Notes: a model not told the origin generated them from the sequence alone. Counted from the first letter of the stretch, positions 9,456 to 18,458 are shown. The stretch: 25,404 bases of DNA from Myxococcota bacterium (GCA_036339465.1 JAYZAY010000077.1:1-25404); one strand, 5' to 3'. Numbers and translations are program-made.

Positions 9456-10154
9456 ATGAATCAAAATACGACGATTATTGAACTCAAAAATATCACCAAG
9501 GTCTACCGCCAGGGAGAACTGGATGTGCATGCGCTTCGGGGTCTCGATTTGACAATCAAGACCGGTGAGTTCACCGCCATTTCGGGGCCCTCGGGTTCAG
9601 GAAAGACCACGGCCCTAAACCTCATTGGGGCTCTGGACAAACCTACCAGTGGCGATATCCACCTGGAGGGGAATGATTTAAAGGCCATGGGACAACGCGC
9701 CCTCAGTCACCTCCGACGTGATCGCATCGGCTTTGTCTTTCAGGCCTACAATCTCATGCCCATTTTAACGGCCTACGAAAACGCGGAAACGGTTCTCGCG
9801 CTTCAGGGGGTCGCTGCTCAGAAACGAAAAGAAATCGTTATGAAGCTCCTTGAAGACGTTGGACTAGAAGGCATGGCAGATCGGCGCCCCAACCAATTGT
9901 CTGGTGGCCAGCAGCAACGGGTGGCTATCGCCCGAGCCATGGCCTCGCGTCCTGCTGTGATCCTCGCCGATGAACCCACCGCCAACGTGGATTCCGAAAC
10001 CGCAAGCCGATTGCTCGACCTCATGAAAAAACTCAACGAAGAACATGGCACCACCTTTGTTTTCTCCACCCACGACCCCCGGGTGATGGAAAGCGCCAAG
10101 CGCTTGATTCGCCTGGTGGATGGCAAAGTTGAAGATGAACAAGAGCATCCTTAA
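9456..10154 (+). CDS. ABC transporter ATP-binding protein, LolD-like
   Basis: Walker A GPSGSGKT, Q-loop FVFQ, signature LSGGQQQR, Walker B ILADEPT and H-loop STHD. ATG 9456 follows GAGG. Confidence 0.96.
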   Translation: MNQNTTIIELKNITKVYRQGELDVHALRGLDLTIKTGEFTAISGPSGSGKTTALNLIGALDKPTSGDIHLEGNDLKAMGQRALSHLRRDRIGFVFQAYNLMPILTAYENAETVLALQGVAAQKRKEIVMKLLEDVGLEGMADRRPNQLSGGQQQRVAIARAMASRPAVILADEPTANVDSETASRLLDLMKKLNEEHGTTFVFSTHDPRVMESAKRLIRLVDGKVEDEQEHP

Positions 10155-10263
10155 AAACCGAACAAAATCAGTCGATTTCCCAACCACGGGATAGAACCGG
10201 CTCCATTTTTTCGTTTCCTAGGCTATTTTATGGCAAGCCTGCCCTAGAATCTTCCCCGGTGCC

Positions 10264-10590
10264 ATGGAACTTTGTCATCGAAGTTTCTTGACAGATGGAT
10301 ACGTTCAGTTGCTAGAGACATACGCCATGCGCCACTTTTTCAACATCCATCCACCCATGCCCTCCATTAGAGAGCAGATGGCCATGGTTCCTTTGGGAGC
10401 ATCTCTGGTGGGACTGCGTTGGATGTTGGGGCAAGACCGAACTTGCCAAGAAGCTCGCGAACGCTACGCCCCCTTTAAGGAGCGCGTGGACCCAGCACCT
10501 ATGGTGCGAATAGAAAGTGGCCAAGTCAGTTTTGGAGATAACTTCGGCCCCAATCCTACTCCCAATTTGTCGGCACAAGAGAGTCAATAG
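10264..10590 (+). CDS. Possible short hypothetical protein or gene remnant
   Basis: 108-aa ATG ORF ending 2 bp before the next gene. No recognisable motif and no clear RBS. Confidence 0.3.
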   Translation: MELCHRSFLTDGYVQLLETYAMRHFFNIHPPMPSIREQMAMVPLGASLVGLRWMLGQDRTCQEARERYAPFKERVDPAPMVRIESGQVSFGDNFGPNPTPNLSAQESQ

Positions 10591-10592
10591 CG

Positions 10593-11702
10593 ATGAATAA
10601 ACTTAGATTGCTTCATATTCCAATCCTCATCGCGGCTATTTTTATGGGTCTCGGATTTTATGTGAAAGTAGAAGCGGCCAAAGCGCCGAAACAGGTCTTC
10701 ATTTTTGAAGAAATCACCCTATCGGGAAAATCCAAGATTGATCGCTTTATGGAAAGATACAAAACACGATTGTTTACCTTTATGGCGAAACAACCCGAAA
10801 CGAGCCGTCAAGAAATTACGGACGGACTTATTGAATCTGTGAATTATGGATTTTCATCGGAAAATTTCAAAGGCAATAAGGTCTTGGTGGGGCTCAACAA
10901 GAAGCACCCCGAACAACCCGTTATTCTCTCTCACTTAGCGTCTAGTTTTTTCGTTTTGGGAATACATCCCTCGATTAAGGAGGATGAAGACAGGCAAGCG
11001 TATTATCTGCGTGAGGCGCTTAATGCTTCCAAAGGTTGTCTCAAGAAACAGTCAGACCATGGTGGTTGCTGGATTTCCTACTCCGCAAGCTTAGGAACCC
11101 TGGCTTTGGTTGAAGGTATTTTTTCTACTTTATCCAAAATGAAAGAGGTCAATGAGTCACTCCACAAAGCTTTTGAGCTCTCCCAAAAGAAGAGCTTCCC
11201 CTTGGCCCCCAACGATGTCAGCACCAAGGATTTTTCTCGCGGGGCACTCACGGAGTTTTACCGATTGGTACCCGATTCATGGATCTTTGGCATGTTTGCA
11301 GGGATCCGGGGAGATAAGGAAAAATCATGGAAATATGGCAAGGGGCTTGAGGTCAAAAATATTGCCCTCGCCAATGTCAAAGCCCGTGCCGCGATCTGCT
11401 ACGGTGCTGTGAGTGAAAACATGAAACTCATTGAAGAAGGTAAGAAGATTGTTGCGGCTGGCCTAAAAATGGAAATCCTCCACCCCTTTGGTGCCCGAGA
11501 GTATGCGCGACTCAAAGCCATGCATGATGGTATGGATGGGGTTAAAGGCGAAGATTTTGATACCTATGAAGATGTCTCATGCAAAGAGTTTGGCAACGAT
11601 GATGAGTCACAGTTAGAACAGAAGAAGGCAGAGGAAAAAACAGAAGAGGGCAGAGGAAAAGTAAGCTCTTTGATTTCATTGCCTACGTTACTTCTGTCCT
11701 AA
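10593..11702 (+). CDS. Exported alpha-helical (TPR-like) protein resembling TatT/BstC-type lipid-binding proteins
   Basis: N-terminal signal/anchor. The segment CWISYSASLGTLALVEGIFSTL...LHKAFEL...RGALTEFYRLVPDSW...GDKEKS resembles TPR-like TatT-family patterns by eye. No lipobox Cys. The ORF is solid; the family call is tentative. Confidence 0.55.
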   Translation: MNKLRLLHIPILIAAIFMGLGFYVKVEAAKAPKQVFIFEEITLSGKSKIDRFMERYKTRLFTFMAKQPETSRQEITDGLIESVNYGFSSENFKGNKVLVGLNKKHPEQPVILSHLASSFFVLGIHPSIKEDEDRQAYYLREALNASKGCLKKQSDHGGCWISYSASLGTLALVEGIFSTLSKMKEVNESLHKAFELSQKKSFPLAPNDVSTKDFSRGALTEFYRLVPDSWIFGMFAGIRGDKEKSWKYGKGLEVKNIALANVKARAAICYGAVSENMKLIEEGKKIVAAGLKMEILHPFGAREYARLKAMHDGMDGVKGEDFDTYEDVSCKEFGNDDESQLEQKKAEEKTEEGRGKVSSLISLPTLLLS

Positions 11703-12056
11703 GAATATTCACCCATCGAATTCATATCTGTTTGCAGGCCGGGTATAGGTAGAAGCGATGTTTTCGTCCAAGCTTTTGCCTCTTTGGCCCCCTGAGTTGT
11801 GCCTAATTTTCCGACAACTTCCCTGAAATAAGGGGTGGTTTCTGGTGAAGTAGAATACGAATTCCAACGGGGCATCATCATCAGCGTGGGTTTCTAATAT
11901 TAGGGTTGTCGATATCGCGAAGATTTCGGTTTGCGGGTAGAATCGGTTGAGTGGTTTGCGCGGTTGCGAAGCCCTGCCCTGGGAGGTTAAGCTTAGAGCA
12001 TCAGGGATGCAGAACCTGAATTTTGGCCCTAAAAATTTCATTTCTGAGGGGAGGGT

Positions 12057-14870
12057 ATGGTGACACAGCGTGCCGAAGTGTCGGAAGTCGTTTCTTCCCC
12101 GGATAATTCGAAGTTACCCGGGGTCGTGATTGCAGATGTGGCTCTGGAGGCCGGGGAGGGTCGAATTGGTGGTAAGGCCATGGGTTTGGCCAAGTTGGTG
12201 GGAGCTGGAGCACCTGTACCACCGTGGTTTGTCGTTCCCACGGAATATTTCACTGCCCATGTTACTCAGGTGGAAGTGGCGGCTGCCATTGATTCATCTT
12301 TGGCCCCACTCCATCACCTCGATATGAACGATCCACTTTCGTTGAAGGCGGTTCAAAAAGCCTCCGAAACAATTCAGGCGGCAATTTGCAGGGCTCCAAT
12401 TCCCGGTCAACTAGAAGCAGATGTGGTGAGCCAACTTGGAGGTATCGGGCCTGGTCCATTTGCGGTGAGGAGTTCCATGGTGGGTGAGGACAGTGCTTCT
12501 CACTCCTTTGCCGGACAGCTCGACAGTTTCTTGTTTCAAAAAAGCAATGGGGAGGTTGTTGACTCAATTCGAGATTGCTGGGCTTCGGCCTTTGGTGACC
12601 GTTGCTTGGCTTATCACATGCGGGCAGATTTGCCGCTGACTGGTATCCGTGTGGGGGTGGTGGTCCAGAGGATGATTGATGGCCAGGTTTCGGGGGTCTT
12701 GTTTACGGCAAATCCCGTGAATGGTGAACGGGAAGAATGTTTACTTACCGCAGCATGGGGCCAAGGTGAAGGAATCGTTTCGGGGCTTTGCAACACCGAC
12801 GAATTCGTGTGGCAACACGGCGGACAAGAGCTTTTTGCGACACTTGTGGATAAAGACATTAAGGTTGCGGCGAAGCCCAACGGTGAAGCAGGCACGGTGG
12901 AAATGGAAGTTGATGCCGCTGACCGCAAGCGACGATGTTTGGATGAATCACAGGTCGCTCATATTTGTGGGGAAGGGGTTCGTATTGCTGAAAAATTTGG
13001 TTTGCCCCAAGATATTGAATGGACCATCGAAAACAACCAGGTGTATATTGTCCAAGCTCGTCCCATTACTTCGCTGCCTTTGCCATTGAATAAAGATGGT
13101 CCTGTCGTGGTTTGGGACAACAGCAATATCCAGGAAAGTTATTGTGGTGTGACTACGCCACTGACTTTTTCTTTTGCATCTCGCTCCTATTATACCGTCT
13201 ACCGCCAAACCGCCTTGGCGATGAGTGTTCCGACGCAATTGCTAGACAACAACGATTTGGTTCTTCGCAACTTACTGGGACTCATTAGAGGGCGCGTTTA
13301 TTACAATATCAACAATTGGTATAAGGGGTTGCTCCTTTTGCCATCATTTGGAACCAACAAATCCGATATGGAACGGATGATGGGGCTTCAAGATCCCGTG
13401 GACTTTGTGGACGACCGGGAGATGGGGCTTATGGAGAAACTCAAGTTGCTTCCTTTGATGTTGAAGGTGGTTTGGAATCTCATGGGGGCATTTCGGCGAC
13501 TCAAGGTATCAGTTCAGGGTTTTCTCGACCGTTTCGACCGCGCCTACAAAAAAATCGATAGAGATTCATTGGCGACAGCCTCGTTTTCAGAGCTCATGGG
13601 GCATGTGAATATGCTTCAAAAAGATATCATTGATAAATGGGACACTCCGATTGTTAACGATTTCTATGTGATGATGACCAATGGACGTTTGGCTCGGGCG
13701 GTTGAGGGTTCGGGAGTGGATGATCCAAACTTGGTTCAGAATAATCTCATTGCGGGGGAAGAAGGGATTGAGTCCACTGAGCCGACGCGGTTTCTGATGC
13801 GGTTGGCCAAGGAAGCAGGCGCTAATTCAGCCCTAGGCGATGTGATTAAGAGGGGAGGGCCTTTGGAGGTTTTGGCGGAACTCAAGGAAAAATTCCCTGC
13901 GTATTTCGCGAAAATTGATGATTATATTGAGCGCTATGGTGACCGAACCATCGGCGAATTGAAGCTTGAGACTATTTCATTACGGGAAGACCCAAGTTTT
14001 GTGGTGGAGGTTATTCGAAACTATATGGACCGACCCGATTTGGACCCCGACGCTCTGGTGGAAAACGAGAAGAAGATGCGATTTGATGCGGAAGCATTGA
14101 TGCGTTCAAAGTTGAATCCCCTTAAGGTGGGTCGTTTTATGAAAACCTTAGACCAGGCGCGGGCGGCGGTAAAAAACCGCGAAAACATGCGCCTGACGCG
14201 GACGCGGGCGTTTGGTCTCTATCGGGATATTTATCGCAATATAGGACGACACCTCGTGGCGGGTGAGAAATTGCTTCACCAGCGGGATGTCTTTTATCTC
14301 ACCGTAGAGGAAATCGAGCAATACCATGAAGGCCGAGCGATCACGACGGACTTTAAGGGTGTGGTTGCGGCAAGGAAGGCGGAATTTGATTCCTTCGAAG
14401 ACCAAGATTTGCCCCACCACTTTACAACCATAGGGCCGGTTTATCAGGGGAATAACTATGTTTACGATGGCAATGTTGAGGTTGATCCCGATGCGACCAC
14501 TTTGGTGGGGATTGGTTGTTATCCCGGTATAGTGGAATCTGATGTTCGGGTTATTTCTTCGCCCAAAGATGAACTCAGTGTGAACGGAAAAATCTTGGTG
14601 ACGATGAGAACCGATCCTGGGTGGGCGCCACTCTTTCCTACCACCAGTGGTATCTTGGTGGAAAGGGGAAGTACCCTCTCGCATTCGGCGGTGGTGGCGC
14701 GAGAGCTTGGTATTCCTGCGGTGGTGGGTATTGCGGGGCTTACGGAAATTGTTCAGGATGGTGAAAATGTCCGGATGGACGGCGGTAAGGGGACGGCAAT
14801 AAGATTAGACGCCGAAACCGAATCTGAATCTCCATCAGCAGCTGCACCTGACCCCGAAGATGCTTGTTAA
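12057..14870 (+). CDS. PEP-utilizer/PPDK-superfamily ATP-dependent phosphotransferase with RPH/PigC-like architecture
   Basis: ATP-grasp motifs GGKA, AVRSS, EDSASHSFAGQ, VVVQRM, GQGEGIVSG, PQDIEW and QARPIT; central domain starting WDNSNIQESYCGVTTPLT; C-terminal phosphohistidine domain TDPGW...GSTLSHSAVVARELGIP. Confidence 0.92.
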   Translation: MVTQRAEVSEVVSSPDNSKLPGVVIADVALEAGEGRIGGKAMGLAKLVGAGAPVPPWFVVPTEYFTAHVTQVEVAAAIDSSLAPLHHLDMNDPLSLKAVQKASETIQAAICRAPIPGQLEADVVSQLGGIGPGPFAVRSSMVGEDSASHSFAGQLDSFLFQKSNGEVVDSIRDCWASAFGDRCLAYHMRADLPLTGIRVGVVVQRMIDGQVSGVLFTANPVNGEREECLLTAAWGQGEGIVSGLCNTDEFVWQHGGQELFATLVDKDIKVAAKPNGEAGTVEMEVDAADRKRRCLDESQVAHICGEGVRIAEKFGLPQDIEWTIENNQVYIVQARPITSLPLPLNKDGPVVVWDNSNIQESYCGVTTPLTFSFASRSYYTVYRQTALAMSVPTQLLDNNDLVLRNLLGLIRGRVYYNINNWYKGLLLLPSFGTNKSDMERMMGLQDPVDFVDDREMGLMEKLKLLPLMLKVVWNLMGAFRRLKVSVQGFLDRFDRAYKKIDRDSLATASFSELMGHVNMLQKDIIDKWDTPIVNDFYVMMTNGRLARAVEGSGVDDPNLVQNNLIAGEEGIESTEPTRFLMRLAKEAGANSALGDVIKRGGPLEVLAELKEKFPAYFAKIDDYIERYGDRTIGELKLETISLREDPSFVVEVIRNYMDRPDLDPDALVENEKKMRFDAEALMRSKLNPLKVGRFMKTLDQARAAVKNRENMRLTRTRAFGLYRDIYRNIGRHLVAGEKLLHQRDVFYLTVEEIEQYHEGRAITTDFKGVVAARKAEFDSFEDQDLPHHFTTIGPVYQGNNYVYDGNVEVDPDATTLVGIGCYPGIVESDVRVISSPKDELSVNGKILVTMRTDPGWAPLFPTTSGILVERGSTLSHSAVVARELGIPAVVGIAGLTEIVQDGENVRMDGGKGTAIRLDAETESESPSAAAPDPEDAC

Positions 14871-14890
14871 GTTGGACGGGATATTTCTCT

Positions 14891-15625
14891 ATGGTGAAAC
14901 TTAAGTCCCCTCGGCGGGAGTTTTTTCCCGTGGTCGAGATGACCTCAGCTCAATGGGATTATATTTTGATGATGGCCAAGGATGTCCTAGGTCGTGTTGA
15001 GGGTTTAGAAGCGAGTATCAAGGAGCGCGAGAGGGTGGCTCTCTATTGGGACGAGGACGACACCATTGTGGGCCTTATTGCTATCGATTTACGCGAAGAA
15101 ACCTTCAATGGTCGCAAGGTTGTCTCGATTTATACCGGTAATACCTGGCTTCACGACAAATGCCGCGGAATGAATCTCGTGCCTAAATTGGCGCTTCGTT
15201 GTTATGTAGAGGCTTTGCTTCGTTGGCCGTTTCACCATCATTATTGGTTTTTTGGGAGTAATAGCTATCGCAGTTATCTCACCATGACCCGGAATTTTGC
15301 GCTCTGTTATCCCCAAAGAGAAACCCAAGCCCCAAAGTGGGAGACTGCTTATATTCAATATCTCGCGGAGGCTTTTTACGGGGCCAAAATCAATCCGGAA
15401 ACGTTTGTTTACGAAACTTCGGGTGGCCGTTCATTTAAGGAATATGCAGGGGGGGTACCAGATAGCCTCAACGGAGATTTGGATATCGAATATTTTTTGA
15501 AGATTAACCCGGGGTTTTCCGAAGGGGATAAGGTGATGTGTTTAGGCCCGCTGACCATGGGTAATTGGCGAAAGATAGGCATACGCTCTCTGAAGAGAAA
15601 GTTTGGTGTTCTGCAGGGATTTTAG
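14891..15625 (+). CDS. Hypothetical protein, probable GNAT-like acyltransferase fold
   Basis: SIYTGNTWLHDKCRGMNL resembles GNAT motif A. Start is ATG 14891 or TTG 14864 (the latter overlaps the upstream stop). Confidence 0.55.
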   Translation: MVKLKSPRREFFPVVEMTSAQWDYILMMAKDVLGRVEGLEASIKERERVALYWDEDDTIVGLIAIDLREETFNGRKVVSIYTGNTWLHDKCRGMNLVPKLALRCYVEALLRWPFHHHYWFFGSNSYRSYLTMTRNFALCYPQRETQAPKWETAYIQYLAEAFYGAKINPETFVYETSGGRSFKEYAGGVPDSLNGDLDIEYFLKINPGFSEGDKVMCLGPLTMGNWRKIGIRSLKRKFGVLQGF

Positions 15626-15655
15626 GCTCAGGGATTTTAGGCTCAGGGATTTTAG
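15614..15655. repeat. 15-bp tandem repeat (CAGGGATTTTAGGCT) x~2.8 spanning the junction of two convergent genes
   Basis: Copies start at 15614, 15629 and 15644 (the last is 12 bp). Confidence 0.95.
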
Positions 15656-17307
15656 ACTTTGCTTTCGAGGCGCCCTTCAAATCCTCGGCTCGGATCCTTC
15701 ATGTCGGCTTCGGGGGTTAGGGGAGTGAGGGTTTCGCCTTCGCTTACGGCTATGGCTGCAGTCACGGCCAAGTCGCCGGTCACGTTTACCGAGGTTCGAA
15801 ACATGTCTAAGATTCGGTCCATTCCCAGAATGAGGGCGATGCCGACTTGGGGGATCCCGACGGTGGTCAAAACCATGGCCAGGGTTACCATCCCCGCTCC
15901 CGGAACCCCGGCTGCACCAATGGAAGCCATGGTTGCGGTGAGAACAATGGTGAGCTGATCGCCGATTGTGAGGTCGATGCTGAAGACCTGCGCGATAAAT
16001 ACCGCGGCCACGCCCTGATAGAGTGCGGTTCCGTCCATGTTTACCGTGGAGCCCAAGGGTAAGACGAAACTGGATACGCTGTTACTGACTCCGAGGTTTT
16101 CTTCAGAGCACTCTAAGGAGACAGGGAGGGTTGCTGATGAAGAGGAGGTGGAAAAGGCGATGAGCTGTGCGGGCCGGATCGCTCGAAGGAAGTCGCCGAG
16201 CTTGAGTTTGGCCACAGACCTTACGATGGTGCCGTAGACACCACCGGCGTGAATGAGGAGGCCCACCACAACGGCGAGTCCGTAGATTAAGAGGGCGCCC
16301 AAAACGCTGGCCCCACTATTACCGACGACATCGGCAATGAGCGCAGCCACGCCATAGGGAGCGACTTCCATCACCATATGGATAATGACAACCATCGCTT
16401 CTTGAACACGATCGAAGAAAGTGATCACGGGTTGTGCCTTGGCCGTGCCCATCATCGTGAGTGCCACCCCAAAGATGAGGGCGAAAAAGATGATTTGTAG
16501 CATGTTGCCGCTGGAGAGGGCCCCCAGTGGATTGCTGGGAATGATATTGAGAATGTTGTCGATGGTGGACGGAGCTTGGGCCGCGGAGTGCGCTTTTGAA
16601 CCTGCCGCCCCGGAAAATTGCGCGACCAATTGGGCTTTGTCTGCGGTGCTCACAAAGCTGCCGGGATTGATGACATGGGCACAGACGAGGCCAATGGTTA
16701 CGGCGAGGGCTGTGGTGGTTAGGTAGAGTCCCAATGTTTTCCCGCCGAGTCGACCCAATTTACGGATATCTCCAAGGCTTGCCACGCCCACCAGGAGGGA
16801 TGCAAAGACCAGGGGTACGATGACCATTTTGATTAAGCGAAGGAATAGACTACCGACGGGTTTGAGAACGGCGATGATGGTGTTGCCGAGACCGCTTACG
16901 GGGCTTGGTGAGATATGAACGCTGTTCTCGGTGGCGGTGTGTTTGAGTTTTAGCCATGCTTTTACTTGTTGCCCCGGTTTACGGTGGGTTAATTTGTCCC
17001 CAAGGTATTTAAGCAGAAGTTTATCGGTGAGTTCGAATGTTCCTTGTGCCCAAATAGCGACTTCGTGGGGGCGTCCGGCCTTGTCGTGGATGGTGCCATT
17101 TTCAAGTTTGTCTCGCTCAAAAGAGAGTGGCACGGCGGGGAGCTTGAGGCGGCTGTCTGGATTTTTTCGGTCGAGGAGAATTTCAAACTTCGATGCGTCG
17201 GACAGTTTAAAAAGGTCATGGTCCATCATTGCGGATTTGGGCCCTACGGTGAGACCGATGATTGCACCGACGGCCATCCCGATGAGGATTTTGGTATAGA
17301 TTTTCAT
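15652..17307 (-). CDS. Dicarboxylate/amino acid:cation symporter (DAACS, GltPh/GltP-like), probably Na+-coupled Asp/Glu uptake
   Basis: HP1 AFSTSSSSATLP, TM7 NMDGT, HP2 ASIGAAGVPGAG and TM8 DRILDMFRTSVNVTGD (substrate Arg and Na1-site Asp present). ATG 17307 follows AAGGAG. Confidence 0.94.
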   Translation of the reverse strand: MKIYTKILIGMAVGAIIGLTVGPKSAMMDHDLFKLSDASKFEILLDRKNPDSRLKLPAVPLSFERDKLENGTIHDKAGRPHEVAIWAQGTFELTDKLLLKYLGDKLTHRKPGQQVKAWLKLKHTATENSVHISPSPVSGLGNTIIAVLKPVGSLFLRLIKMVIVPLVFASLLVGVASLGDIRKLGRLGGKTLGLYLTTTALAVTIGLVCAHVINPGSFVSTADKAQLVAQFSGAAGSKAHSAAQAPSTIDNILNIIPSNPLGALSSGNMLQIIFFALIFGVALTMMGTAKAQPVITFFDRVQEAMVVIIHMVMEVAPYGVAALIADVVGNSGASVLGALLIYGLAVVVGLLIHAGGVYGTIVRSVAKLKLGDFLRAIRPAQLIAFSTSSSSATLPVSLECSEENLGVSNSVSSFVLPLGSTVNMDGTALYQGVAAVFIAQVFSIDLTIGDQLTIVLTATMASIGAAGVPGAGMVTLAMVLTTVGIPQVGIALILGMDRILDMFRTSVNVTGDLAVTAAIAVSEGETLTPLTPEADMKDPSRGFEGRLESKV

Positions 17308-17804
17308 GGCGAACACGCTCCTTATTTGCAGATGCCTTTATCCCGTTGGCACAAAGGCTGCAAGATTTGTTGGCGGGGTGTCAGATTTTGGTAGCTTGAG
17401 ACACCTTTCGGTTGCTTAAATTGTCTCGATTGTTGTCTCCTGGGCGAGCCCCAACCGCTTTGATGCCCTCATTTGTTAGGGGTTTGCATTGGATAGGACC
17501 GATGACGCGAAATCTCCGAATCCAACACGATGTTTTGGGGGGATGATCTGGAGTTTAGGATACTCGAATTTGGTTTAGCTTCCGTTGGGGGTTGAGAATA
17601 ATTCTGTGCTGGAAGCAGCCTAAGGTTTGGGCGACCTTTCGGAGTTTATTGATTGCGATGAAGGTCTAGGGGTGGTTGGAGAATATGGTTTCAATTTTTC
17701 TTTTCCTGGAGAGAAGGTCTCTTCTCGGATATCTCGAGAATCAACCTGAGCGGAGAACTCTCAGATTCGTACCAGGAAATTCACGCCATTCATCTGATCG
17801 CTAA

Positions 17805-18458
17805 TCATGTTTTGTATAGAGGTCCTGTTTTAGGTTTCGGTATTGGCATTGGATTATGCACTTCTTATGAAGTAAATGCTTCTTTTGCGACGAAAATGTT
17901 TTCGAATTATTCAGCAAGGTTCATCGCTTGGGTCAGCTTATTGATGTAGCGATTTGCACCCAAGGAGAATGGTCGGTTTTATCGGCGGCGTAGACCTCCC
18001 AAAAAAACCGATGTTTTTAATTTGTTGAGCTTGGTTTTTTTTTGAATGGAAGTAACGATGTCGAAACCAACAATTCTAGGCATCACGGGATCTGCCACGA
18101 CGCAGTCAGGCTCGAACTGGATGATTTCCCCCAATGCTTTGGTTCTTTTGGCTGTAAACTCTACGGTGTGACCGGCGTCCTTTAATGCTAAAGATTGAAG
18201 TCGTAATATGTTAAGGTCATTATCGATAATAAATGCCTTGAGTGGGTTAGCTGTCTGCCCCGCTTTGTCTGTGCTTTTGAAGGCGGTCTTGATTTCCTGT
18301 GAACCAAATCGAAACTTTTATTTTGCTCTTGATTCGAGAGTATCGCCGGGAGTGACCGATTGGGTTTTATGTCCACAATTAGGACAGAGTTTTGTGTCTT
18401 TCGGATTCTTTATGCCACATTGAGAGCACGGTATTTGTTTATTGGATCCCGCAGGCAT
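17805..18458 (-). pseudogene. Decayed zinc-ribbon + response-regulator receiver gene
   Basis: Manual translation in one frame from ATG 18458: CSQC...CPNC, TAA (18320), LKAFIIDNDLNILRLQSLALKDAGHTV...FEPDCVVADPVMPRIVGFDIV, TAA (17981), FSLGANRYINK, TAA (17909 and 17867), TGA (17807). Confidence 0.8.

Noticed and set aside
6978..10154. Housekeeping lolCDE assignment
   Set aside because: The fold family matches, but the N-terminal WRNxWR pattern and accessory context fit the broader LolE-like ABC group. Gene symbols were withheld.
10213..10238. dif-like site (GTTTCCTAGGC TATT TTATGGCAAGC) near the skew switch
   Set aside because: The arms only partly match XerC/XerD sites, and the spacer is 4 bp rather than 6.
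12845..12853. Perfect DnaA box (TGTGGATAA)
   Set aside because: A single copy inside a coding sequence, with no box cluster or AT-rich unwinding element seen.
12057..14870. Rifampin resistance gene (rph) or PEP synthase (ppsA)
   Set aside because: It lacks the C-terminal pyruvate-binding barrel of PpsA. The shared architecture with RPH does not establish rifamycin specificity.
17347..17362. Sigma-54-like TGGCACAAAGGCTGCA on the + strand
   Set aside because: It points away from the symporter into a region with no + strand gene.
17865..18320. TAA stop-codon recoding to explain the in-frame stops
   Set aside because: TAA terminates intact genes in the same window (parA, its partner, the barrel, the ATPase), and frameshift-like damage is also present. 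Decay is the simpler explanation.
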